64,000 nt of DNA, taken from assembly GCF_964355755.1 (NCBI RefSeq), contig NC_092672.1, positions 34,416,437-34,480,436 on the forward strand, in the 5' to 3' direction. Below, piece by piece: positions 27,201-48,754 of the stretch. Below the pieces are notes generated by a model. The model made no database searches. It was given only the letters and a program-made list of their open reading frames with translations, and had not been told where the DNA came from. Position 1 is the stretch's first letter. The number at the start of each line of letters is the position of its first letter. Source of the DNA: Antedon mediterranea (taxonomy: Eukaryota > Animalia > Echinodermata). The position numbers and the translations under genes are program-made.

Positions 27201-28220
27201 GTACATCTTTCGAGACGAGTAGGGGGTTACCCCGGTGTATTAGTACATCACAGCCACTGATCACCAACTGGGCCCTCTGGGAGATCAGTCATTGACTGAA
27301 GAGGTTACCCAGTATAAATATATATTTCAATTCAATTCAATTCAAACATATACACAAAATGCTCTAAATAAACAAAGTCTTATTACAAGTTAATAGAAAA
27401 TTGAAGTGTTTTGTAATGATCTTATTTTCAGTTATCGAACTCAGAGCATTGAGTTGAAGTGTGCCGGTGCTAATAGTGCCAGTTGTCAACAGAACTCATC
27501 AGCTTCTGAGCGTGTGCAGTCGTTTGTTCTTAGTAATTGGATCACGTACACTAAAGTACCAGCAGTTAGTCCAGAGCCTGTCATTCTGTAAGTACCTTTT
27601 CTTCTCTTCTGCTTTTTATTTATTTTGTTTGTTTGTATCTATGTATTTATTTACATTCAAATATTATACTGTTTTATAAATGTTACTGTTGTTGAAAAGC
27701 AATAAATATAACGGTACTGACTTATTACTTACTTGTTAAGCGCATTGAGGATTTGTATAATGCGCTTAACAAAGTCCCATTTATTATTTTTTTAAATGTT
27801 CTTAGTTTAATGTGTTTTACACATTTTTATCTATTTTGTTTCCGATTTTAGGCAGTATTGTTTTATTTCTATGTTTTTTCTTAAAACAAATGATAATAAA
27901 GGATACTTGACTTGACTTGACTTGATTTCTATGTGAATCATTTAAAAAAAAATTTATGTAGCATGACAACAATTATTAATTAATAGATAATTTTTAGAAT
28001 GCAGTACCATAAAAATGTGTTTATGGAAATTTAATTTCTTTACAGATATTTTAAAGGTGTTGATGAGAGTCTTTGTCGGTATGGCAAGTGTCCAGAGGAG
28101 GCGTTTTACCCAATCACAAGAGCATTCCTTGGCGATTCTTATGAATATTCATTAGCTGTGGGGTTAACTCTTATGTTGTTTGGTTTTGGTTATGTTGTGG
28201 TAACCAAGCCTTGGATATGA
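18297..28220 (+). CDS. TCTN2: Tectonic-family ciliary transition-zone protein (TCTN2-like), about 1144 aa, 17 coding exons
   Basis: Exons 18297-18378, 18553-18722, 19193-19302, 19634-19729, 20523-20630, 20843-20901, 21271-21335 (GC donor, see findings), 21827-21923, 22387-22635, 23050-23210, 23639-23819, 24055 (or 24049)-24170, 24545-25745, 25989-26211, 26579-26764, 27432-27587, 28046-28220; one continuous frame. Signal peptide; tectonic motif [22 protein letters not shown]; [15 protein letters not shown]; [11 protein letters not shown]; C-terminal TM segment [21 protein letters not shown], which favours TCTN2 over TCTN1. Confidence 0.9.
18870..19157 (-). mobile_element. 5'-truncated LINE 3' end (CR1/L2-group-like)
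   Basis: Minus frame [42 protein letters not shown]...SRW, then AATAAA and a (TGAA)n tail. Confidence 0.7.
20925..21135 (-). mobile_element. Dispersed SINE/L2-tailed repeat fragment (second copy at 51232-51330)
   Basis: ACTGCTCC.TTCTCCAGCACTTTGAAGCTCC...GAACATTATTCACAGGAGCT occurs at both loci; L2-like tail in reverse at about 20935-20980. Confidence 0.55.
21345..21720 (+). mobile_element. Penelope-like retroelement 3' remnant: GIY-YIG C-terminus plus pseudo-LTR
   Basis: 21361-21450 reads [30 protein letters not shown] with a 1-nt frameshift, resembling the ILKKC..KFDCLI.EML.IKELKP.LN tail of PLE endonucleases. It is followed by GTATAA, a hammerhead motif and ATTAAA. Boundaries approximate. 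Confidence 0.75.
21577..21617 (+). ncRNA. Minimal type I hammerhead ribozyme motif, U3/A8 core variant
   Basis: Stem I GATC (21577-80), core TTGAAAA, T, stem II GG-TT-CCA-TGA-TGG-TT-CC, GAAA, CG, TT (predicted cut after 21613), stem I GATC (21614-17). The palindromic AACGTT stem III is typical of PLE minimal hammerheads. Confidence 0.65.
22110..22310 (+). mobile_element. Degraded Rex1/Babar-like LINE 3' end
   Basis: LRSGRRF followed in a shifted frame by [11 protein letters not shown], then a 3' UTR ending GACAATAAA. Confidence 0.55.
24277..24495. mobile_element. Internally deleted copy of the 47453-48303 TIR element
   Basis: Same CAAGTCGGCCCTAAACC termini and 17-bp CTCAAGTCAACTCGGC-type repeats. 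Confidence 0.8.
26221..26409. mobile_element. Harbinger-type MITE (family 2)
   Basis: TTA|AGGGCCTTTCACA ... TGTTAAAGACCCT|TTA, with internal inverted repeat GTTCCAGTCTGGCGCCG / CGGCGCCAGACTGGAAC. Confidence 0.75.
27021..27345 (+). mobile_element. Full-length tRNA-derived SINE with a Deu/Nin-like central domain (family A)
   Basis: A box TGGCCGAGCGG, B box GGTTCGAGGC; core GTCTTCTCGGATAAGGACTATAAACCGTAGGTCC...CACTTTAAAGAACC...GAGTAGGGGGTTACCCCGGTGT; (TTCAA)n tail. Other copies at 55746-56056 (-), 29245-29420, 14975-15150 (-), 35666-35935, 11235-11430 and a divergent one at 59992-60130. Confidence 0.85.
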
Positions 28221-28429
28221 AGATACAAGATACCTTGAATTCTAGAATACCTTGAACAATAATGATAATAATATGTCATTTTTATATAGAGCTTCATGCA
28301 TAAAGCCCCGAAAGCTCTGTCAACACTATCAAACTAGTTTGACACAAAAAAAAAAGGTGATGTGCCTAAATATAGTAGTGATATACTCAAATATATGACA
28401 TCATTATGTCCATATATGGGCACCTCACA

Positions 28430-28590
28430 TTAAGCGCTTGACATTATTACCCCAGATTGGAAACGTACTCCCATAATGCAGCCTTAGCGCAGTTGTGTTT
28501 TGACCTTACCAGATACCCATTTGTACAGCTGGGTGGAGAGAGTCAAGTGTAGTGTCTTGCCCAGGACAAAAGCGATGGGACGAGCATTAG
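28430..28590 (-). mobile_element. CORE-SINE fragment
   Basis: Reverse complement contains GTCCTGGGCAAGACAC...CTCTCTCCACCCAGCTGTACAAATGGGTA. Confidence 0.6.
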
Positions 28591-28942
28591 TAATCTGGTT
28601 AGTCTGGTTTGGAAGGGATTAGAAAGGACATGGAAAGGACTAGAAGAGTGTTAAGACTCTACCCACTTATGATGACCTACAAATCTAGGATAGTCGACCA
28701 GGGTGTTACAACAACACCTTATAATCCCATTCGATGGTGGATATGACAGTACATTTGACAAGCATATCACTTCACAGGCAACCTTGTAAAATATACTGTA
28801 CAGTACTTCATCAAACCTCCCAATTCAGGACTCTCTCTGAAAACTAGAAACTCTCCTAAAACAGACTTTTCTTTAGGTCCAAAGGGTCCCAACTTATTGT
28901 TACCATTAAAAACACATTCCAAATACCAGACTTTCCAGAAAA

Positions 28943-29130
28943 CCAGACATATTAGGCCAGCCCAAAGGTATCCAGTATTGGGAGAGTTGCCAGACATATT
29001 AGGCCAGCCCAAAGGTATCCAGTATTGGGAGAGTTGCCAGGCATATTAGGCCAGCCCAAAGGTATCCAGTATTGGGAGAGTTGCCAGACATATTAGGCCA
29101 GCCCAAAGGTATCCAGTATTGGGAGAGTTG
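28943..29130. repeat. 47-bp tandem repeat, 4 near-identical copies
   Basis: CCAGACATATTAGGCCAGCCCAAAGGTATCCAGTATTGGGAGAGTTG starting at 28943, 28990, 29037 and 29084. Confidence 0.95.
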
Positions 29131-29739
29131 ACTGTACTTCATTTTACTATTTTCTTTTGTACGTCCATCAGTAATAATGTATTTATTTATCATTCCATGT
29201 AAATTTTACATCTCTTATGTATGTACAGTTGATAAGGTCATTATAGTCTTCTCGGATAAAGGTCCAGTGTACACATCTAGCTCATGTGCACTTTATAGAA
29301 CCTAATAAATCTTTCGAGACGAGTAGGGGGTTACCCTGATGTACTAGTACACACAGCCACTGACAACTGGGCCCTCTGGGAGACCAGCCTTGGACTGAAG
29401 AGGTTACCAGTATAAATAAATAACAAATTCTATTAGTTTCCCTGTGGGGATAATAAAGTTTAATGTTAAAAACATCAATATTCAGTACTATACACTGTAC
29501 TTTGCTTTAAGAGTTCCTGTTTTTAGATAATAAATTACAGATATTCTATGCAATAATTTAAAAAAAAAAAAAATTGTTTAATTGTTCTTCATTTTTTTTA
29601 CTGTATGTTTAATCATGGGTTATTAGAACAACAGTTTCATTTCTTTTTCTTATAGCTTTTTCTCTATGTTTCAATGTGTTTTGTGAAATATATTTTATAT
29701 ATATTTATATGCTATAAATACAGTTATAATTTCAGCTTT

Positions 29740-32160
29740 TGCTGCCGTTTTTTGGCCATTTTGAGAAAACTTGGCAAAATTCAATTATTGTGCGATAATA
29801 TTTCCATATATATGTGCGTGTATTGTGTTATAAACCTCTTATATAAAATAGCCACTTCTTAAAATTCAATTATGTGAAAATATTGCCATATATACGCATA
29901 TATTATCATCATCATCTTATAGAGCCATAGTAACCAGATAAATCGAAAAATAAAAGGGTCGAAATTTTGTCAATTTTCTATAAAATCCATGTACTATTAG
30001 TACAGGGATTTTTTAAAAAATTGCCAAAATATCGACCTTTTAAAAATTGTTATTATGCAATAATATTGCCATATATGAACATATATTGTGTTATCATCAT
30101 CTTAAAGAGTCGTAGTAACAAGTTATATAAAAAAATAAAAAGGTCAAATTTTGGACACTAAATGGTTACTATAGCATAATAAACATGCGCAGAGTTGACT
30201 AATGGGTTCTGCGCATGCTAATTGTGCTATAGTAACCAGTTTTATCGAAAAATAAAAAGGTCGAAAATTGGCCATTTTTTGGAAAAAATCCCTGTACTAT
30301 AGTACAGAAAAATTTGCGAAAAATGGCAGATTTTCGACCCTTTTATTTTTTTACATAAATGGTTACTATTGCATAATAAACATGCGCAGAGACGAATAAT
30401 GGGTTCTGCGCATATCAAAATGTGTTATGGTAACCAGTTTTGACATAAATGGTTACTATAGTATAATAAACATGCGCAGAGGCGAATAATGGGTTCTGCG
30501 CATGTCAATTGTGCTATAGTAACCAGTTTTATCGAAAAATAAAAAGGTTGAAAATTGGCCATTTTTTGTGAAAAAATCCCTGTACTGTACAGGGAAATTT
30601 CCGAAAAATGGCCGATTTTCGACCCTTTTATTTTTTGACATAAATGGTTACTATTGCATATTATAAGCATGCGCAGAGTCGACCAATGGGTTCTGCGCAT
30701 GTCAATTGTGCTATAGTAACAACTTTTGACATAAATGGTTACTATAGCATAATAAATATGCGCAGAGTCGACTAATGGGTTCTGCGCATGTTAATTGTGC
30801 TATAGTAACCAGTTTTATCGAAAAATAGAAAGGTCGAAAATTGGCCATTTTTAAAAAAAAATCCCTGTACTATAGTACAGGAAATCTTCGAAAAATGGCC
30901 GATTTTCGATCACCCTTTTATTTTTTGACATAAATGGTTACTATTGCATAATAAACATGCGCAGAGTCGCCAATGGGTTCTGCGCATGTTAATTGTGCTA
31001 TAGTAACCAGTTTTATCGAAAAACAATGGGTTCTGCGCATGTTAATTGCATGTCGCATGTCTTAAAAGGTGTCATTATTCTGTATAACATATATTTATAT
31101 ATTTATGTCAAAAGTGGTTACTATAGCATAATTTCGAAAAATGACCGATTATCGATCCTTTTTTGTTGTTGACATAACTGGTAATAATAATAATATCATT
31201 ACGGTGTTCACATAGTCTCTCTGGGGTATTTAATTCTAAATATTCCAGAAATAAAATGAATACTCTAATAATAACTAAAAAAGTTTAAGTGAGTATTAAA
31301 TAAAATAATTATTGACAATTATTCGTAGGGCAGTACAAAATTATTTTATGTTTAAAACAACAACATTACACAGCTTGCTGTGCAATTAACACCATTGTTG
31401 TGCACGTGAATGGGTTTCCTATGACATAATAGGTGTTAATATGTCAATTGAGTGAGTCTTTCATGGCATTTGTAGTAGAGTTAGTCTTTGGTGACAATAG
31501 TAACACACACTTGTAATTGAGTGGTATTTTGATTTTGAATATCTGAATATTATACCACAAGGTGTATCATTCCCTAAATAGCCCAAAAAGCTAAAAAAGT
31601 GATTTTTTAAAAATGTGTCAGTTGAGTCGTTCTTTCAGGGATTTTTACGAAAAAGGTCTAAAATAGCCACTTCATAAAATTCAATTATTATGCAAAAATA
31701 TTGCCATATATACACATATATTGTGTTATCATCATCTTATAGAGTCATAGTAACCAGTTGTGTCGAAAAATATAAAGGTTGAAATTTGACCATTTTTCGG
31801 AAACTTTCCCTGTAGGCCTACTAATAGTACAGGGATTTTTTCGAAATATGGCCAAAATAGCCACTTTTTAAAATTCAATTATGCAAAAATATTGCCATAT
31901 ATGAGCATATGTATTATCATCATTTTATAGAGCCATAGTAACCAGTTATGTTGAAAAATAAAAGGGTCGAAATTTTCCGTAAAAATAGTGACATGCTCAG
32001 ACCATTTATACCTCCATGCTCGGACCTCAATATTCTGAGCAACTATATTTAAATACACTTATTAGGCTATCATATATTTGTGTTATCATCATCTTATATT
32101 TACTGTATAGTAAGCAGTTAATTACCGTATGTCAAAAAGAATAGGTATTGTATTTTGACC
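29740..32160. repeat. Complex modular repeat built of palindromic units
   Basis: Core 30160-31050 alternates hairpin module A (GGTTACTATAGCA..CATGCGCAGA..TCTGCGCATG..TGCTATAGTAACC) and module B (GGTCGAAAATTGGCCATTTT..CCCTGTACTATAGTACAGG..AAAATGGCCGATTTTCGACC); related modules lie on both flanks. Confidence 0.85.
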
Positions 32161-32792
32161 TTTGCATGTATACTCCTGTGATTGTAAAATAAAAAATGGT
32201 CAAAACAACTTTCAGACACTTTTTAGCAACTATTAGACTTGCCCCAAGTCGGTATTTATTGTCCTAATATTAGTTCACCAGTCAGCGTTTTTGACTTTTG
32301 TCTGGAAAATTCATGATTGTGAACTCACGTATTATACGTATGAAATGCCATATGTCAAAATACTTCTTTGAGTTTATTGATTTATTTACTGCAGTATCCA
32401 GGTATATTTCTGCAGTAATGATAGGGTAATGAAGAATAGGCTTACAGTATTACTACAGTTATGACTTGGTACTTAAGTATATTACTGAATTATTAATTAA
32501 ATAGATTCAAATACTAAGACTACACCTGTATAATTATGAAGACATTTTAAAGGAAGATGGCATTCAATTTATATGCGATGTGAAATATCGTTGTATTTGC
32601 TATGTCTGAAACTCTGTCTACACTATCAAACTTTGTGTGACCAGTTTGGTAGTGTAGACAGAGCTTTATACGTTCAACAAATTACCCACATAGTACAATT
32701 AACTTAGAAAAACATAAACCAGACACAAATTATTTAATATCATTTGTATAAATTTAATATACCTAATACCTAGTGCATAGGCTGGTTGGAAG

Positions 32793-32828
32793 CATAGAGA
32801 TATTATAGTGAACTATAATATCTCTATG
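32793..32828. mobile_element. 36-bp P-element-like mini-MITE
   Basis: CATAGAGATATTATAGT-GA-ACTATAATATCTCTATG: perfect 17-bp inverted repeats flanked by the direct repeat TTGGAAG (32786-92 and 32829-35). Confidence 0.8.
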
Positions 32829-34624
32829 TTGGAAGTCACTTGTCAGAATATACAATATGTACTTGTAAAATAAAATAGGGATATAGGGTGGGAGAAAATA
32901 TCTGGAAGGTGTATTATGCTCTTTCTACACTATCAAACTTTATGCGACAAAAAAAATGTGATGTGCCCATATATAGACATACTCATATCACTATCATATT
33001 TGGGCAAAACACACTTTTTGTGAAACTAGTTTGATAATGTGGACAGAGGATATCAATGTTGTAATAATAGACTTTTTGCATAGTGGTTTACTACAGTACT
33101 TTGTACAAAAGCTAATTTACTATATTCCTTGTTAGGTCAAAGGTCAAACTAATACAAGAAGATTATCATTTAGCATTTGTAATCTAGGGTTGCCATCCCA
33201 AAGAAGACGCAATTTGAAGATTTCTGGTCATTTTTTGAAGAAAAAAAAAAAGACTCGCAGGGCCATTTTTTAAAATATTATTTATGCAAAATGTCATAGT
33301 ACATGGTGTACACATTTAATTTAGATACACATTCCATTCCAATTAATATCAGTGCATTAATAACTATGTATCATCATATTTCAATCATTGTTCATTTTTA
33401 TTTTTTTTTTTATTTCAAGTTAGTTATGACTTAATCAGTTATATATTGAGTAGAAACATTAAATTTTACCTATACTTTTGTTAAACTGCAATAGATTTGG
33501 CAAATGTGTTTTGGTAAAAATAAAACACATTGAAATGTTACATTTAAAAATTGTTTGTGTTTCAGTTTTGTATTTGAATATTTGTTTCTGGAAGCGAGGT
33601 ATAATAAGCCGAAGTCTAGAGGGCATACTCCAGACTGAAAAGTGATTCCAACAGGAGGGGAACCAAAAAGATATATAATAATATATAATATCATTGGTTT
33701 CTGATGAAAAAAACCCACCCATTTAACAAAATTTAATTTTCACAGCTTTAGCCTCATTTAGCATCATGATCCGATATTCAATATTACTATTTACAATTAT
33801 TATTACAGTAATAGGGTAATTTAATATACAGTAGTTAAGGATAGAGCTCCTAGGATTGGAATATGATTGCATTCAATAACGTTTGATAGCATGTCAGAGG
33901 TCAATATTGCACACATGTGCGGACATAATCACGACAGATCTCTTACATCTGTGTGGACGTTTACACATGTGCATATTTCAGAAAATGAGTTTGATTCTCT
34001 GATTATAGAGATTACAACTATAAGATAGAAACTTGAAAAAATAACTTTTTAAGAATAGAAAATTATTTAAAAAAATTAAAATTAAAACAAAACTTGAATT
34101 CAAACTAGTAATACTTATTCTATCTACAGTAATCGCATTAACATTTATTAAGTTATTCGTAATTTTAAAATAAATTATAAAACAAAAATATCAAGCAATA
34201 AATTAAGAGCAAAATTTATATTTCAGACTATAAAATGAACTAATACTTTTTCTATTAAGGTAGCATAATTCAAAACCAGTAAAAATAACAATGCTAAGGG
34301 CCCATTCACACAAGATGGTATAGGCCCATTCACACAATGATGCTAAAGCCCCATTCACACAAGTCAACTTTTAGGTCATTGCAGAATAATTGTTTATAAA
34401 GTAAAATATACATATAGTAACAAATGAGTTGTAAAACAATTGCCAAAATAAATAGCAAATTGCTGATCCAATCTTATTTGCGTGAACAGGCCACTTATTT
34501 CATCAACGCCGCCACGTAATGTCACATTCAAACATGCACATGCTAAAGCCCCCAACGGCACAGTTTCATCAAGCACATCGTTATGGTTCACTGCACATCG
34601 TCCCACCTCTAGCTGTCGCTTCGC

Positions 34625-34747
34625 ATCTCAGTGGATGTCATACAGCAGTGGATGTACGGATCAGTGGATATCACATGCCTCAGTGGATGTCATGCATCAC
34701 TGGATATCACGCCTCAGTGGATGTCATGCTTCAGTGGATGTCATGGT

Positions 34748-34755
<8 letters not shown>
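34625..34755 (-). repeat. Degenerate tandem repeat of about 17 bp, starting at the S6K stop codon
   Basis: About 8 units of CATCCACTGA(N)GCATGA on the minus strand. Confidence 0.8.
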
Positions 34756-45037
<10,282 letters not shown>

Positions 45038-46265
45038 GTCTACAAATGTTTAAACCATATCAAGACTGTATCAAAAAAATATATGTTCATAGAGTCATAA
45101 TAAAACAAGATAAAGAGTCCCAAACAGATTTCGAAATCTACGATTTCAACACCGGTGGTGGATCATTCGATGATGAAAGGAGTCGAATTCGGGGCACCAA
45201 AATAGACTTCAGGCATGTTATCGAAAAGTTATGGCGCGCCGCCAACTACTAAAAATGTCATAATTAGCGAGATCTAAAAAATGATGCTTAAAAAATCGAT
45301 ACACTGAGATACTAATAGGTATAATTAAATAACATATTTAAAGCATAGGATCGAATATAGAAGTGTCGGTTTCCCAGTAGTCACTGTTACTTCCAAGGAG
45401 GGCCACGTGAAGGCCACCTTTATCCTCCTCTTCACTATCGGAGATTTTCTGAATACAATAGATGTGAGCGAGTGGGAGAGAAACCGAAGTTTGAAGATAG
45501 CTCCATGAAAGAACGTACACGCCATTAACGTTTAGTTTATACATTACACACAACTTCCACACACTATCACCCTATCAATCCAGACATTCATTAAATCAAA
45601 CTTAATTAATCTTATTTAGTGTTTAAACTGTAATGGTGGTTTACTTTACGGTATTTACGTTAATATTACGTAACACGGTTGTTGTATTGTACGTTAGTTA
45701 TTAATGTTATATTGTGGTGATATTTTATTAACTGCTGTTACGTTAGTGGTTAGGCCTATTGTAAATTAAATTTGTGTATGTATGTTACATTAGTAGTTAT
45801 GATGTTAGTGGTTAATATCACATTAACGGTTTATATTACGTTACTGATTAAATATAAACGTCTTACTTTAGATCGACGACTTTTCTTCGTTAAATCCTCT
45901 CCCACTTCTCGTCAAAATCACCCACAATTCGATATTTAGAAACCTATATTGTCCCGCGAAATGTTGATATATATATTTTTTATTATTCTCATGAAGATAG
46001 TGTATGCAATTAAATTAGATTAACATTTTGAAGGTTATTATTTTAGACAAACATTTAGACGTTAAAAGGCATAATCTAACTAAAACCTATAGGCCTATTA
46101 GCGCTCGCGCTAAACCTATATTTAAACGTTACGTGTGACACGCTCTTTAGAGTCGAACACTATACCATACTTATTACCCAATAATATTACAATGTATACC
46201 CTACTCCAATACATACAATCTGCTCATTCAAATCAGGCATTAGCCAATAAAACAGCGTTTTCCAT

Positions 46266-46631
46266 TGTAATAAATTACCATTCCTTAACATAAGTATCAT
46301 AGTATCTACATGAATATTATAGAATAAGATGTTTAGATTTAAGAAACCATGTATAATTAAAATAAGAACAATCAGTAACATTCTAAAGTGCTATTAATAG
46401 AAACTGTAATCCAATAGAATAAGAAGTATAAATAATGATCTAGAAGGATAGGAACATGTATATAAAGGGATGTAAATCTATTGTAAGGTTGGATATTCGA
46501 TTGTAAAAGTTATTGTGAAGCTGTTGTTTAAAGTGCTTACTGGATTGTTGAAAGTTGAAGTTGATTGAAATTAAAGCTTTGTTTTTGAGTTATTTTACAA
46601 CTTTGTGGACAACAAATTGTATCCTATTACA
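46266..46631 (+). mobile_element. Possible solo LTR
   Basis: TGTAATA...TATTACA termini with internal TATATAAAG and ATTAAA; no TSD found, so tentative. Confidence 0.35.
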
Positions 46632-47452
46632 AACAAAAACTTTACTATTATATGGACTGTTTTGATAATAATTCAATGATTAGGAGGCCTATCTGACGGC
46701 GAATTACAATAATATAATATGGGTCTAGATTGACAGTCAAATGAGACTTGGCCTAGACAGCCAAAATAATGTTTTGATTATTTGACAGTAAATTATCATA
46801 ATAGGTTGACAGCAAGAACAAATTCATTATTTATTGATCAAGATTTTACAGATTACCGTCTACATATGCATCTATTATAATACTGTATTACAGCAAATGT
46901 TTTCAACGACTCTCTTCTCCCAAACGGCTGGGGTTTGTAATTTGAGCATGACCCGTCCTAGTTTACAAAATCTCAAACATGTCAGCCTCTAGAACTATAA
47001 CTTGCCGCTTGATATAGCTTCTGAATGAGTAGTCCTCTGTGGATGTAGCTGGCTAAAGCAGCAGCAACGTAAAAAAACTTAGAATAGGCATGGTGGTAGT
47101 AACATTCAAAAATGCCAATTTGGTACCTGACGAATGTTGAAGAGAAACAACCGCGACAACCAAACCCAATCAACCGGAAAGAAGATAACAAGAGGGCGCT
47201 ATACATAAATATAAAACAAAACATTTATTTTATAAACATGACGAACATGACACGAAGGAATAGACACATATGTCGGTTTAAATCAAGCAAAATACGATGG
47301 TAAAATAGTAATATTTCTACAAATGTATAGGTGTACTTAACAACATTTATGTAAGTATTTTGACTATCTGATTTCTAGTTTTCCTCAACTCTCTGGTACT
47401 AGTATCCTTTCAGACCAGCAGTGAGTTCGGAGTCCCGAAGTTGCTAATTAAC

Positions 47453-48303
47453 GGGTGCAGGTCAAGTCGGCCCCAAACCGTCTCAGCCAAAGTCAAGTCG
47501 GCCCACGTCAAGTCGGCCCCAAGTCAACTCGGCCTCAAGTCAACTCGGCCTCAAGTCAACTCGGCCTCACGTCAACTCGGCCAAAAACTAATCCGTCAAC
47601 TCGGCCACAATAAAGTATGGATGATGGAACGCAAAAAGTGCTTAATATTATTACGATTCTTACTATCCACGTTTTTAAAAAAATGAAGAAATAAAAAATA
47701 TAATATCATATAAAAAAATGAACTCATTGCCGATATGAATAGAAGTACCCGGGTGTTACAAAAAAACACGTACAGGTACCGTATTTTAGGAAATCGAAGA
47801 CGGAGGCCTACGTTCCACCATTTGGCCATAAAAAAAATGATCGTACATCGTTTTTGTGCATTATTTGCGTTTTTAAAAAAGGGGAATCCCCCGGTCAGCG
47901 AAAACACGTAGCAGTTGTAGATATCGAAAAAGCTGGCAAACGCGCAGGGAGGCTCAGCTACGAAATTTTATTAAACGTAAATAATTAAAGGAAAGTTGGT
48001 GAAATCATTCCTATTTTTTTTGCTAAATATATTATTGTCTAAATAATAATATTCATTAAAAAAGTCAGAATTATTCATAGTTAAAAAAGAAGAAATATTA
48101 TTGTATCAATCCCTTCATTTGCACTTTTTGCGTTCCATACTTTAACGGGGCCGAGTTGACCGATTATTTTTTGGCCGAGTTGACGTGAGGCCGAGTTGAC
48201 TTGAGGCCGAGTTGACTTGAGGCCGACTTGACTTGGGGCCGACTTGACTTGGGGCCGACTTGACTTTGGCCGAGACGGTTTAGGGCCGACTTGGATCGAA
48301 ACC
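47453..48303. mobile_element. Non-autonomous TIR transposon with subterminal 17-bp arrays (Merlin- or MULE-like)
   Basis: GG...CC termini, mirrored CAAGTCGGCCC.AAACCGTCTC plus 17-bp arrays at both ends; flanking direct repeat TAATTAAC (8 bp, or 9 bp counting the adjacent C). Confidence 0.85.
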
Positions 48304-48754
48304 TAATTAACAACTCCATGATCAGACTGAATATAAACTGGTTAAAATAAAATTCATCCATTTTACTTATTTTTAAAGGGTAGTTCCGGGTTTAAATTTT
48401 TTAATTGTTTTTTATGAAATATTATACAATTTAATAATAATAATAGGAAATTATGTAAATTCTTAGGGAAAAAGTATATAAAAAATCATTAAAAAAATCT
48501 TGTATTTTTATTTTAGGATGATTTTTAAAAAAACGGGTAATTTTACAATACTCCTTTGGCTTTACCGCTGATAAGTGGGGTTATTTATCAATGTTGTTGG
48601 AAAGGTTTATTTCATAAAACAATATACAATAAATTTATACTCGTAAAGTTATTCTTAAAAAGTGAAATTTGTGAAAAAAAACTATCCTCGTTTTTAATTG
48701 ATCATGTTACAATATTATTAATATTAAAATATTATTACTATTCAGTTTGACAGT

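Noticed and set aside
45038-45060. p85-like N-terminal extension of S6K
   Set aside because: There is an in-frame TAA five codons upstream of the ATG in the unspliced sequence.
45325-45562. GC-richer island with short ORFs upstream of S6K
   Set aside because: No recognisable product or splice chain; probably promoter sequence or a repeat fragment.
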